From assembly GCA_964234715.1 (NCBI GenBank), contig OZ174275.1: a DNA stretch of 64,000 nt. One strand, written 5' to 3'. This document shows, piece by piece, positions 1-10,903 of this stretch. The notes below the pieces were generated by a model that was not told the origin of the DNA, searched no databases, and worked only from the letters and a program-made list of their open reading frames with translations. This DNA is from Podarcis melisellensis (lineage: Eukaryota). How positions within the stretch are numbered: the stretch's first letter is position 1; every line of letters begins with the position of its first letter. Position numbers and translations under genes: made by a program.

Positions 1-132
1 CGGCGGCACCTTCCGCACCAGCAGGAAGGCAGCCGAGAGCAGAAGCGACAGCGGGTAGTAGGGCTGCGCCAGCCACCGGCAGATTCCAGGCACGGAGTAG
101 ATCAGGGCCAGGAGCGGAGCAAGCACCGCCAT
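1..132 (-). CDS. TMX2: TMX2 exon 1 (thioredoxin-related transmembrane protein 2), runs off the window edge
   Basis: ATG at 132 on minus reads [44 protein letters not shown], matching the vertebrate TMX2 N-terminus; head-to-head with MED19 as in human. Missing from the ORF track because truncated. Confidence 0.95.
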   Translation of the reverse strand, partial: MAVLAPLLALIYSVPGICRWLAQPYYPLSLLLSAAFLLVRKVPP

Positions 133-559
133 CTTCACCTCACGCTGACCGAGCCCCGCGCCGACAGCTTCTAGCGCCTGCCGGCGGCGCACGCTCGTCG
201 TTCCTCCGCTCAGGCTCGCTGGCCAATGCCTACGCCAATCAAGGTAAAGGCGGAGCTTAGAGCAACACCACGCACTACCATTGGCTGACTTCAGAATCGC
301 TGGGATGGATTCGGAATACAAACTAGAGGGAATGCTTTCTTGAGGCCTCTCGACGCATGCTGCCGACGTCATGCAGCCATCTAAAAATGCGTCACGAGAA
401 AGCAGAGGACCGTCCAATCGGAACGCGGCCCAGTTTCCAGGTTAGTTAGCCAATCACACGTAAGAGGCGGGTTCACCGCCCTCCAATGAAAACAAGGCGA
501 GCCGAGGGGACAGCCAAGATGCGAAGCCAATGGGAGGAGATTGCGCGGGGCACGCCGGG
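133..559. promoter_or_regulatory. Bidirectional CpG-island promoter shared by TMX2 and MED19
   Basis: ~430 bp between divergent ATGs, CpG-rich; CCAAT/ATTGG boxes at 223, 235, 280, 414, 450, 483, 527; CRE-like GACGTCA at 365; YY1-like GCCATCTT over the TMX2 start. Confidence 0.85.
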
Positions 560-562
560 ATG

Positions 563-752
563 ATGGAGAATTTCTCCGCTCTCTTCGGAGGGACGGAACC
601 GCCTCCGCCTACCACAGCCGCCGCGCTGGGCTTTGGACCAGGGAAACCCGGAGGACCGGGGACTGGGCCACCTCCCGTCCCTGCCGTGACCCCCGTCGGA
701 GAGAAAGCGGCGGCCGCCAGCGGCCCCTTCTACCTAATGCGCGAGTTACCAG
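563..752 (+). CDS. MED19: MED19 coding exon 1 (Mediator subunit 19)
   Basis: MENFSALFGG...GPFYLMRELP; start at 563 (or tandem ATG at 560); donor CAG|GTAAGT at 753, phase 1. Confidence 0.95.
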
Positions 753-1894
753 GTAAGTGGCTGTTGGAGGGGGCGGGCTTCGGGGGGCCACTCAGCCTAC
801 CGGAATGTAGAGGCGGGCCTTGCATCCTTGGCCAATGCCAACGAGGCGCCGCGGGGGAATGGCCCAATAGAGATACGCGGCTGCGTCTTGATGGACACTC
901 CTCCCTGTTCCTGTGGGAACTTAGGCCCAACAGGCGAAACTGACGACTTCGCGGAAGCGCAGGTAGTGGTGGGATTTCGATTGGCAGCTACCGCGGGCCA
1001 ATGAGGTGCCGGATCAAAACAGGGAGGCGGAGTCATGCGGTGCATCCGCATTTGGCGCTGCCGAGGCGGAAGCCGCTGAAGTTCATTACAGTATTAACTT
1101 CATGGCAAGCCCCTGTTTGCCTTTTCTGCTTTAATAGATGCTTGCTGTAATAATCATTATGGAAGGTCCGTCTGAAAAGCACTGTCTAAACACCATAAGC
1201 AAATAGGGCCCAGTGAACATGTAACAATAATATGCCAAAACCTGGCTTAGCACACCAGAGCAAGCATTCCCAGAGCAAAGGCTGTGGCTGTTGCACTACC
1301 ATGGTTTGGCTCAGCACTGCATGCCGCCTCGGGGGTCATTTTTGTCTCCCCCAAACTATGAGTGATCAACAACAAACAGCTCATGGCTTGTCGGGAGAGA
1401 CAGAACACGAGCCCAGATTGGATGTCATGCATAGCCAAACTTGACCTTGAGTGGTGCATCAGCAGGACTCAGAAAGAAGCACAGCAACCATGATTTGCGT
1501 GAAGCCATGATTTGGCTTAGTGATGTGGGCAGACTTGCTTTGTTACCAGATGAGGGTCCTACAAACCATTACCTGGAAGCAACCTCCCATGGCGTAAGTG
1601 GGACTTAATTTCAAGTATACATGATTTTCATCCCAGGATGCCTCAGCCTATCAAGAAGAGAAGTACATTTTCAGAAAGCAGAGCAAAGCTTTTTCTTGAT
1701 CTGGCTTCACCAAAAGCATTTTGGGTGTATGAGGCTGGACATGTCCTCTTGTCATCTCAACAAAGAAGTCAGTTGCAGGTGCAAGTAGTGTCACATTTGA
1801 AGGATTTGCTTGCCAGATTTCTATCTGCCTCTGTCCTGTTAATCCCAACAAGCCAAACATAGGCAGTACTGTCATGTCCTTTGTTCTTTGCCAG

Positions 1895-2151
1895 GTACTA
1901 CAGAACTAACAGGGAGCACAAACCTGATCACCCACTACAACCTGGAGCATGCCTACAACAAATTTTGTGGCAAAAAGGTGAAGGAGAAGCTCAGCAACTT
2001 CCTGCCAGACCTACCAGGGATGATAGATTTGCCAGGTTCACATGACAACAGCAGCCTGCGTTCTCTCATTGAGAAGCCTCCCATCTGCAGCAGTTCGTTC
2101 AACCCTATCACCGGTACCATGCTAACAGGCTTTCGTCTCCATGCAGGCCCG
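1895..2151 (+). CDS. MED19: MED19 coding exon 2
   Basis: ttgccag| acceptor; GTTELTGSTNLITHYNLEHAYNKFCGKKVKEKLSNFLPDLPG...LHAGP; donor GTAAGT at 2152. Confidence 0.97.
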
Positions 2152-2401
2152 GTAAGTTAGAGGTGGCGGCTGCAAGGGAGGAAGGAAATATTGACTGTCG
2201 GTGGGAAAATAATGACCTGAATGACAAAAAAAAATTATGCCAGAGTTGGAAATGGATGTTAGGGTGCACTGGAAAATATGAGTACTGTGAGAAACTTCTA
2301 AGAGTCCAGCAGAATGGGATCCATCTCCCTTGATGGAATAGGCAGTAGTAGGTAGGCTGAAGTTAGGGAAGGATCCCAGGTAGGAGTCACAGAGAGAAGT
2401 A

Positions 2402-2647
2402 CAGTGGAACCTGGGGTTACGTACCGCCCTCCTTACGAATGCTTCGGATTACGAGCTCCGCTAACCCGGAAGTAGGTATTCTGGGTAGCGAACTTTGCCC
2501 TGGCATGCAAGTGGAAGTTGCGTGGCGGCAAGGGCGCAGCAGCAGTGGGAGACTCCCATTAGCAAACGCACACCTCGGGTTAAGAATGGCTTTGGGTTAA
2601 GAACGGACCTCCGGAACGAATTAAGTTCGGAAACGGAGGTACCACTG
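2402..2647. mobile_element. Tc1/mariner (Tigger-like) non-autonomous MITE
   Basis: TA-CAGTGGAACC...GGTACCACTG-TA: terminal inverted repeats with TA target duplication; same family at 41544, 50249, 52600. Confidence 0.85.
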
Positions 2648-2987
2648 TACTGCCAAATTTAGTGCTCTCTTTTGCAGAGCAGGTATGAAGAGAAAGGTTG
2701 ACTCATAAGTGAATTCCAGAGTAATGCTTTAGCCATATTCTGTGAAGGGTAGATTGCCAAGGAGTCTAGGGAGCTCCGAGCTCATAAGAGACCCAAGTAG
2801 TAAGCTTAGTGAACATAGTAGAAACTTTTCTTGCAAGTTTTGATGGGGGATAACGGTGGGACCAGGTTACCAAAGAGACAAGCAACCCCCTCCCTGCAAA
2901 TGATTGCACCTGTGATTATTTTCTGGAACAACAGGTGTGGTATTCAGTGGACTAACATGCTCTTTTGTTTCTTTTGCACCCCCTCAG

Positions 2988-3084
2988 CTGCCAGAGCAGT
3001 GTCGCTTAATGCACATCCAGCCACCTAAGAAAAAAAACAAGCACAAACACAAGCAGAGTCGTACGCAGGATCCTGTCCCTCCAG
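2988..3084 (+). CDS. MED19: MED19 coding exon 3
   Basis: ccctcag| LPEQCRLMHIQPPKKKNKHKHKQSRTQDPVPP, donor GTAAGA at 3085. Confidence 0.97.
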
Positions 3085-3241
3085 GTAAGAAGCTTCCTCC
3101 TTGGGCCTTGTGGTTGCATTTGCCCTCACCAACCCCTGCCCTTCCTTTCCAATTTAGCATTCCACAGTCTAGCGGCCTAAGCTACCGCAATTCCTGCTTC
3201 ATTCAAAGTTCCTGCTTCAGTTCCTTTTCTCTTCTTGGCAG

Positions 3242-3336
3242 AAACTCCTTCAGATTCTGACCACAAGAAGAAAAAGAAGAAGAAAGAGGATGACCCTGAG
3301 CGGAAAAGGAAGAAGAAGGAGAAGAAGAAAAAGAAA
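3242..3336 (+). CDS. MED19: MED19 coding exon 4 (Lys-rich)
   Basis: ttggcag| ETPSDSDHKKKKKKKEDDPERKRKKKEKKKKK, donor GTAAGT at 3337; frame consistent. Confidence 0.96.
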
Positions 3337-3491
3337 GTAAGTTGGGAAGAATGCTTCCACCAGCTCAAGTAATTGTACCTTCAGGTGCCAGAGAACTGAA
3401 TGAGATGTGGGGCCTTTTCTCCTGGCCTTTCATTATTGTTGAGAACTTTCATTCTCATTCTTGCATGTGTGTCCATTTTATTTTTCTTTAG

Positions 3492-3560
3492 AATCGGCAT
3501 AGCCCTGAACACCCTGGTGTGGGCAGCTCTCAGGCCAGCAGCAGCAGCAGCCTCCGGTAA
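3492..3560 (+). CDS. MED19: MED19 coding exon 5 (terminal)
   Basis: ttctttag| NRHSPEHPGVGSSQASSSSSLR-TAA; spliced CDS 708 nt from 563. Confidence 0.96.
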   Translation, partial: NRHSPEHPGVGSSQASSSSSLR

Positions 3561-4331
3561 AGTCCTGCCATGGAGTTAACTTGGACGGTGCTACAGCTTT
3601 GACAAGAAAAGGAGGAACAGCAATAATGGGGGAGTCACCACAGACTCATATACTTCCCCTGCTTCCCCTTCATCCCTACTGAGTGGAACTTCTGGGACTC
3701 CATTGATCTCTCTATAAGGAACATAGACTTTGCCTGCGACACAATGCAGACTGGTGTCTTTATATGGGAGCCCTGTCAACTCGGGGAGGGTTTTTCTTCT
3801 TCTTTTTTTCCTTTTTACAGAATGGTCCTGACTAAGTTGGGATGTGTCTGCCTCGTGATTTAGTTAAACCTTTGTTGGAGCACTTGGGACGGTCTGGAAC
3901 CTCCTCTCATATCATGGGCTTGGAAACTGCACTGTGAATAGATAGGGAGAAACTCTAGAAGTGCTTTCTTTTGTAAAGTGTGGCCCAAGGCTAGTGGGTG
4001 AGTTAGTTGCCTAAGTAGAAAGAGCTAATGTGATCGGGCTATTTCTAAATAAGAAAGTGGGAGAAACTGCAGAACTGTGAGGTGGGAGTAAAGAGAAGAC
4101 AAGGTTGGTTTTACCTTCCCGGAGTTGATCCATGCTGATAAGTAGGCCTGCTTTAGTATCATCAGCTAGAGAGTTAAGTCGAAAGCATTGACCAAATTTC
4201 TTTTAACTGTGGAAGCATGTAAGTCAAGAAGCTATACTGTGAATCCAAGGACAGAACTGGGTATATGGTGATATTTTCCCCTAAGGGCTCACTTACCAGG
4301 TAAAGGCTTCTCTACATGTAATCCCTTTAAA

Positions 4332-4337
4332 AATAAA
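4332..4337 (+). terminator. Candidate MED19 polyadenylation signal (distal alternative at 5674-5679)
   Basis: AATAAA ~770 nt after the stop codon. Confidence 0.5.
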
Positions 4338-6270
4338 ACTTGAAAACAAAAAAAGGTGACATCATTTAAATCTTTGCCAGCAGAAGGGAGAAAGTGGAAT
4401 CTTCAGCAACAGACTTCAGCTGTGAACAGATGGAAGCCTCTGTCAGGAACCTGGACAAATAGAAACCATTGTTTTCCTCTGTCCTATTCTTCTGATTTTT
4501 TTCTGAATTACTACCTCAGCAGAGCACCCTGGCAGAAATGGTTCCTTAAAATGTCAGCTGGTCATCTTGCTGGCTAGTCTGTCCCACTTTTAAAGACAAA
4601 GATGGTGATGAATCTGCCCCTATCTACTGCACCAAAATTCTTTGGAGTGACAAGAGGAACGTGCTTGGAAATAGCCTGCCGTCTTAACTGCTTCTTCTTT
4701 CTTATAGGAAAGGAAATTTCATCCACAGTAAAAACATCTCTTTCCTGAGCTTAAAAATCAGAATGAGGGTGAAACTGCACTTTGATCAAGAGTACCTCTT
4801 AGGGACAAACTGGACATGAGAATGTCAGGAGCCTGATTGGAGTTCCTGTAACTTCTTAAAATCAGATTCCCCCAATATAAATTTTCTGCCTCAAGGGGTA
4901 AATGTGGGTCCCACCCCCAGTGAATAAGCTGCTCCAGGGAGACTTTTTATCATGGAAACAGCTAACCCCCCCTAGTGCTGTGGATCCAGTCCAAACCTCC
5001 CACCTGCCAATTTTAATGAAATAATAAAAAAAGTTGAGAGATCCCTGCACAGATCGCCTTATCAGTCCTTTCACAGAGATGATAGATGTCACTTGGAAAT
5101 GAAATGCAGGTGCTCTGGCTGACAGAATTAATAAATTGCTTTCTAGTGATATGCTCCATACTGCTTGTCTCTTATGCTGGTCTACTTGCACAGGAAGGCT
5201 TGCTTAATGTCCAAGGACTCCTATGAAGTAGGAGTTTGTGCAGACTTCATGTTGCTCCATGGGGGAGCTTGCTTTACAACCAGTCCTGTTTGTGGAAAAG
5301 TATAATTTTTTTGGTAAAGTAGGCCTAGTTATGCATTCAGATACATAGGTCTTTCACCGACTGCAGCAAGATGCAGTAATTCAGTTGATAAGGTAGAAGG
5401 TGGAAATCATGAAAATCTACTCGTCTCATTTATTTATGTTTGTGTCCTACTTCCCTCTAAGAAGCTCAAGACAGCATACATATGGTACTTTCTGCCCTCC
5501 CTCTGCTCCACTTTATCCTGCAGGCTAGGCTGAGTGTGACTGGCCTAAGAACACCGAGTGAGGTTTTGGTTCCCCTACTATGACACCATAATCATTACAC
5601 TACACTGCCTGGGTACCAAAGGAAGGAGAGTTGGGTTCTCCACCTGTATATCCTCCTCCTGATATATCAGGCTAATAAATATTAAAAGAGAGAAGGGTGG
5701 TTCGACAGACAGACAGTTAAATTGTTTTTTATTCTCTTCCCCTTACATCTTGAAGACATTTGTAACCAAAATTACTAGGTCCTGGATCTATTTTCAGTAC
5801 ACTCCCGTTGCTGCCCCCTGAACAATCTGACTGCCATTTCCTTTGCTCTCAGTACTTTCAGAAGAGCAATATGAGCTGTTTATTCCATCACCATCCTCTT
5901 CGCGCTTTTGCTACAGAGAGCAAAACTGAGCCAAGGCAGGAAATGGGGATCATATAATAATGCTTTGCTTGCTACTCTTCCATGTGCTTACAAAAGAAAG
6001 TTGATGATAATAAAGGGAAAGGATGAAAGTCTACTCCACTCCCGACTCCTCTCTACCCCCAATTATCCCATGCATCTAAATTAAAAGCCATTGCTAGTAG
6101 GAAAGGTGGGGCAAAACTGGCTGGTCCTGTTCCTCTAAGTCACTGGTGATTTCTGCATCCTGAAGAACAGGTAAGGAATACTTTCTGTTCCCAACCCAGA
6201 ACCATCAGAAAAATACTGTCATCTCCTCTGCAGCCCTGGGGATATGTTTCAGGGAAGGGAAACATGCCTT

Positions 6271-6387
6271 CAGCCTACCCCCTCCCTGGAATGTTAGAGA
6301 ACTTCAGCACCCATTGGCCATGTTCACTGGGGTTGATGGGCATTGTAGTTCAAGAACATCTGGAGGACCAAAGATTCCCCACCCCAG
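6271..6387. mobile_element. Degraded hAT-type MITE inside a pseudogene exon
   Basis: ...gatgggcattgtagttcaagaacatctggaggaccaaagattccccacccc resembles the MITE family seen intact at 33884 and 58593. Confidence 0.65.
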
Positions 6388-6969
6388 ATCATCCTATGTG
6401 TCAGGTGGGTGTTCCCGTGCAAGTAGCTCCACCGGCAGCATTTTGGTATTAAGAAAAAAATCCAGGCTGAACTGGGCAGCATCAATGGGAATTGTGGAAG
6501 GTAACAGAAACTGGTGTGAACAATCTGCTTCTATATTCTTTAGAACAACGTAAATAGGCAGCACAGGCGGACACACCTGAGAGGAATGAAGTCACCATGT
6601 CAGCCACAAGACAATACAAGCCGGACTAACCATAGGGTTGCCACTATTTCAAACCGTGAAAATCCAGACTGAAAAATTGTTGAGCTTTCTTTAGTTTTAA
6701 GGGAAAATGAGCACTGCCAGCATGGGCTGCCATATGTTTGGATTGTCCCAGACATTTGGCCAATTTCTGCTGGAAAATGTGGTATTCCAGTATGTCTGGG
6801 AAATTCTGGATGTATGGCAATCTTACTAACACCCAAAGCATTGCACTGGAACAGTTTTGAAATGAGAAAACACCCATCAACTACTAGTAGCACCAGGAAG
6901 GTGTGCAATATTTCTCTGTACGTAGAAATGCATCACACCAATAATGCGCTAATCATACATTAACAAAAA

Positions 6970-7320
6970 CGGATAGTGGCACTTTAAAAGACTTAATAGT
7001 TATTGTGTCATAAGGTTTCATGGGCCAGAGCCCACTTTGTAAAATGCACAAAACGGCATCCTTGGTTCACATGTAAAAGAGGAGGCAGCCTTATAATGCA
7101 ATGCAATCCTAGCAGAGTAGGTGCAAACTTTCCTAAATATTAACAAACTGCCGAAAACAAGATGGTGAACAGGAACACCGAAAGCTGTGAGAGAGGCACT
7201 CCCTAACTATACTGAGACGTAGGTTAGGGTGTCAGATCTGAAAATGAATTCCAACTCGGCAACATCATTCTGGAGCCTCCCTTTGAAATCTTTTTTGTTC
7301 CAAAGTACCGTAACTTTATA
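6970..7320 (-). mobile_element. Penelope-like element 3' fragment (GIY-YIG end plus degraded terminal repeat)
   Basis: Minus translation YKVTVLWNKKDFKGRLQNDVAELEFIFRSDT is typical of the Penelope endonuclease C-terminus; 6975-7048 resembles a Penelope terminal repeat. Confidence 0.7.
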
Positions 7321-10300
7321 AAGACTCTTACACAACGGCCAGACAGACTCCTGTAACATGAAAGCTGCCATACTTTATTAGCAGTTGGGAATGCGCCACA
7401 CCCTAGCTGATTATATCTTTCATCCTTTTGCCTGATTATTTGTGCTCTGCAGCATAATGTAGCACAACTCTCTCTTGTATTACTGAGCCCTCTGACTGTT
7501 GTGTTTCTGCACAGATGTACATCTCCACTCATTTAAGATAACACTTGGTGCTATCTGACAAAGTGATCTCTAGCTCATGACAGTTTTTTCTGCAATAAAT
7601 TTTGTTAAAGGTACAATTAAACTGCTAAATTTTGTGTGGAGATTTGCATATTTACAGGAGAGCTTTGGGATGAAGGTTCGAGTGGTGTGCTAACTGCAGA
7701 AAAATATGCCTCTCTCCCTTTTTACTGGTTTCTTTTAAACTTTTATGTTAGCCTTTTTCTCTCTGCACCCCACAGTACTTCTTCTCCTGCTATACAGCCA
7801 CAGGGCTCCCTGCACCACCTCCTTCAGCCCACAGGTAAATCTGCACCACAATCTCTTTAACAATGCAATAGCCCAGCTGAATCAGACCAATAACCCATCT
7901 CATCCAACATTCTGCTTCACACCATGTTAAACCACCTGCCTCTAAGCAAGCCTATGAGGACAGGAGAGTGACAGCCCTTTGCTGCTGTTAACCTAACAGC
8001 ATTTAGTGGCATAATGCTTTGTGAAGACCGAGGCACCACTGACAAACCTATTCTCCAGCCATCTAATGCAGCAACCATCACTGCTTGGAGCAGTGAATAC
8101 CATACCTTTTAAGTATGCACTGGATGAAGTGCTCCTTTTTTAATCTTCAATTTACTCCCCAGCAAAGTTCACTTGGGAATCCCAATTTCTGGTGTTGACA
8201 GAAAGGCAGTAAAGCTCATCCAACATTATGCATAACATTACAAGCCTCTGCCATATTTTCTAACCCTCCCCCACCAATCTAAAAAGTTTACACATTGAAA
8301 GAGGTCCAGTCCTTGGCTAGCTTATCCGTTGACAGCTGGTAGCTGGTCCCAGATCCACTAGCAACCTTTGAATGCAGACACCTGCTGGTGTAATGATGTG
8401 TAGACAATCCCCCTCTTTTTTGTCTGGGTCCTACATATTCCCACAAAGGAGAAGAAATGGGTCACAAACAATGAGGTTTTGTCCTTCTGCCAAGGAAATA
8501 GTAAGCGGTCTGAAATCTGCTACCAGGTCATGCTGTATGGCAGACATTCAACTTTTGCAGACCCAGGGCCCACTTTTAACTCAAACATGCATTTAGGGAC
8601 CCATTTCTTAATCTCTTACCTTACTATTTGCATGGTGGCACAGCTCCTGTTGCAACCCACCTTGGATCAGGCCCTAATGCACCAGCTGAAGACCAGTGGT
8701 GCATGGAACTATTATTTACATACACAAATATGCCTCAACATTAAACATCCACTGTATTGAACATTTTGGTTTACCTATATTGACAGCAGATACTAGCACT
8801 GAAGTAAATTGCAGTGAAACAACGATTAAATTCAACAAAAATTGTGGCTTTCCCTTCAAAACAGAAGTCACAACAAAATCACATTCCATTCCTCCTTCTA
8901 AGATTTAGGCACAAGTAAGCTTAGATGGATTACAAGTGGCAGATACCAAGTTAGGCAAGGTTAAAGACTATTCTTTTGTAATTTGGGAAAAATTATGGCC
9001 CTGAAAGGTCTGCTTTGGTGGGGTTTCTTTCTTTTTTTGTGAAGGCTGTAAAAGAACTTGAGTGGTCCATAGGGTGTAGCTGCCTCGCAGACCAATGTAT
9101 TCTATGCAAATACAGCAGTCTTTGCAAATACAGCAGTCTTTGGACATAACCATACTATACATACAGCTACCTATGTTTTTAGTTTTAGTTTTGCAAGTCA
9201 CACAGATATCTGTGCTTCTGTCAAATTTTTTGAGTGAACAACACCTTTTTGAGTGTTGGGAATACCTACCCATGCTCTTATCTTTGTCAAATGTACATTA
9301 CTTTGATTTCTATTTTTGATCAAGTATTATATTTCATTTTGTGGGCAGCTGTTTAACATGCAACACAGCCAATAGTTAAAAAATCTGTAGAACAGACAAA
9401 TTAATGTTACACAACTGGACTATTAACCATTAACAGGACTATTACCCAAGTAGACACCATCACCAATCACGTCTGCGGCACTTTTAATTAGCAAAGTGTG
9501 TTACAATCTTTATTTGCGCCCTCACAACAACCCTGTGAGGTAGGTCACTGCTGTACTCCATTTTAAAAATTTGGAACTGGGATCAAAAATGATTTGCTCA
9601 GTGGCAGAAGCAGAAGATGGATCCAGATCTCCTGCCTCGTGCTTAGCCCGATTCTTTACTCATGACCACATCTGCTTTGTGGGGGTGGCAGACTTACAAG
9701 CCTGGAAACATGGCAGCCTTCTTCAGTGCTAACCATTAGCTTCTTGCAGCCAAAAGCCCATATGGTTGACTGAAGCTCAACAAGTCACTCCCTGTTCATT
9801 GGTTTCCCTCTGCAACGGTGTGACTCAAACATAATTTTAAGTTAATTTCATAACAAAGTTACATCATTACTCTCCAAGGGGGTCTCTTGAAATGTGGTAT
9901 GGTAAGACGTGCAGATTCTTAATGCGTCACTGTGTGAGAGGGGGAGGGTTCAGTCTGACAAGCCTGTGCAAAACTGTACAGCTAGGCCAATCCAACCTGT
10001 ATTAGCAGAACCCATAATACTATTCTGTGCAGCAGTGTCAGAAAGAGATATTTAAAACAGAGTACCACAGTTCAAAAGAATATGAGACTTATGAATACAA
10101 GGAGAAGATAAGGAGCTGAGTGTGTTCAGCTCACAGAAGATTAAGGGGTGCTGTTGACCATCTCAAAAATAGCAGATACAAAAGGGGTTATAAAACAAAA
10201 AAAGGGGGGGGGGACGACCAGATTTAAAATTATAGAAAAGCTGCCAAGAGGAAAGGGCTGATCAGCAATGGAACCAGCTGCTTAGGCAAGTTGTAGAATC

Positions 10301-10685
10301 TTCTTCCTTAAAAGATCACCAAGGAAATGCTGGGAACGGAAGCTTAGAAGGTCATCAGTTTCAAGTAAGGACCCTCTGCACAATCACTTACAATATTGCA
10401 GTTGTTTTTCACACAGCACCATCTATGTGTATGGCATGTAATAAAGTACAGGTTTGACATGCCCTTATCCCAAGCAGCCTTCAATCTAGAAAAAGGCAAA
10501 GAACAGAGGCAGGGACAGATGAGGGAAGAATATGCAGTTATCACAATTATATGTACTTCAGGTGGGAGGGGGACCTAATAACATCTCCAAATCAAACTGC
10601 CAGCAGAGCCCATAGTTCCAAACAACTAAAGGAGCATCCCATAGGTGAAGCCCCCACCCTCTCTATCCCTGACAAAATATACCAT

Positions 10686-10903
10686 TCCTTCCAGTAGCAC
10701 CTTAAAGACCAACTAAGTCAGTTCTTGGTATGAGCTTTTGTGTGCATGCACACTTCTTCAGATACACTTCTGTATCTGAAGAAGTGTGCATGCACACGAA
10801 AGCTCATACCAAGAACTGACTTAGTTGGTCTTTAAGGTGCTACTGGAAGGAATTTTTTTTGTTTTGACTATGGCAGACCAACACGGCTACCTATCTGTTA
10901 CTG
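10686..10903 (+). mobile_element. Penelope-like pLTR insertion with inverted duplication
   Basis: 83-bp arms 10684-10766 and 10771-10853 (1 mismatch); 12-bp target-site duplication AAAATATACCAT at 10674-10685 and 10904-10915. Confidence 0.85.
10772..10809 (+). ncRNA. Minimal type I hammerhead ribozyme (Penelope-associated)
   Basis: GTAT-CTGAAGA-A-GTGTGC-AT-GCACAC-GAAA-GCT-C-ATAC: stem I GTAT/ATAC, CUGANGA core, 6-bp stem II, GAAA, palindromic AGCT at stem III, NUH site CUC (cleavage after 10805). Confidence 0.75.

Noticed and set aside
530-559. Upstream in-frame ATG extending MED19 by 10-11 aa
   Set aside because: The ATG is part of a CCAAT box, has poor Kozak context and probably lies upstream of the TSS; known MED19 starts at MENF.
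7224-7532. 102-aa ORF as an exon of the pseudogene
   Set aside because: Overlaps a Penelope GIY-YIG fragment encoded in another frame.
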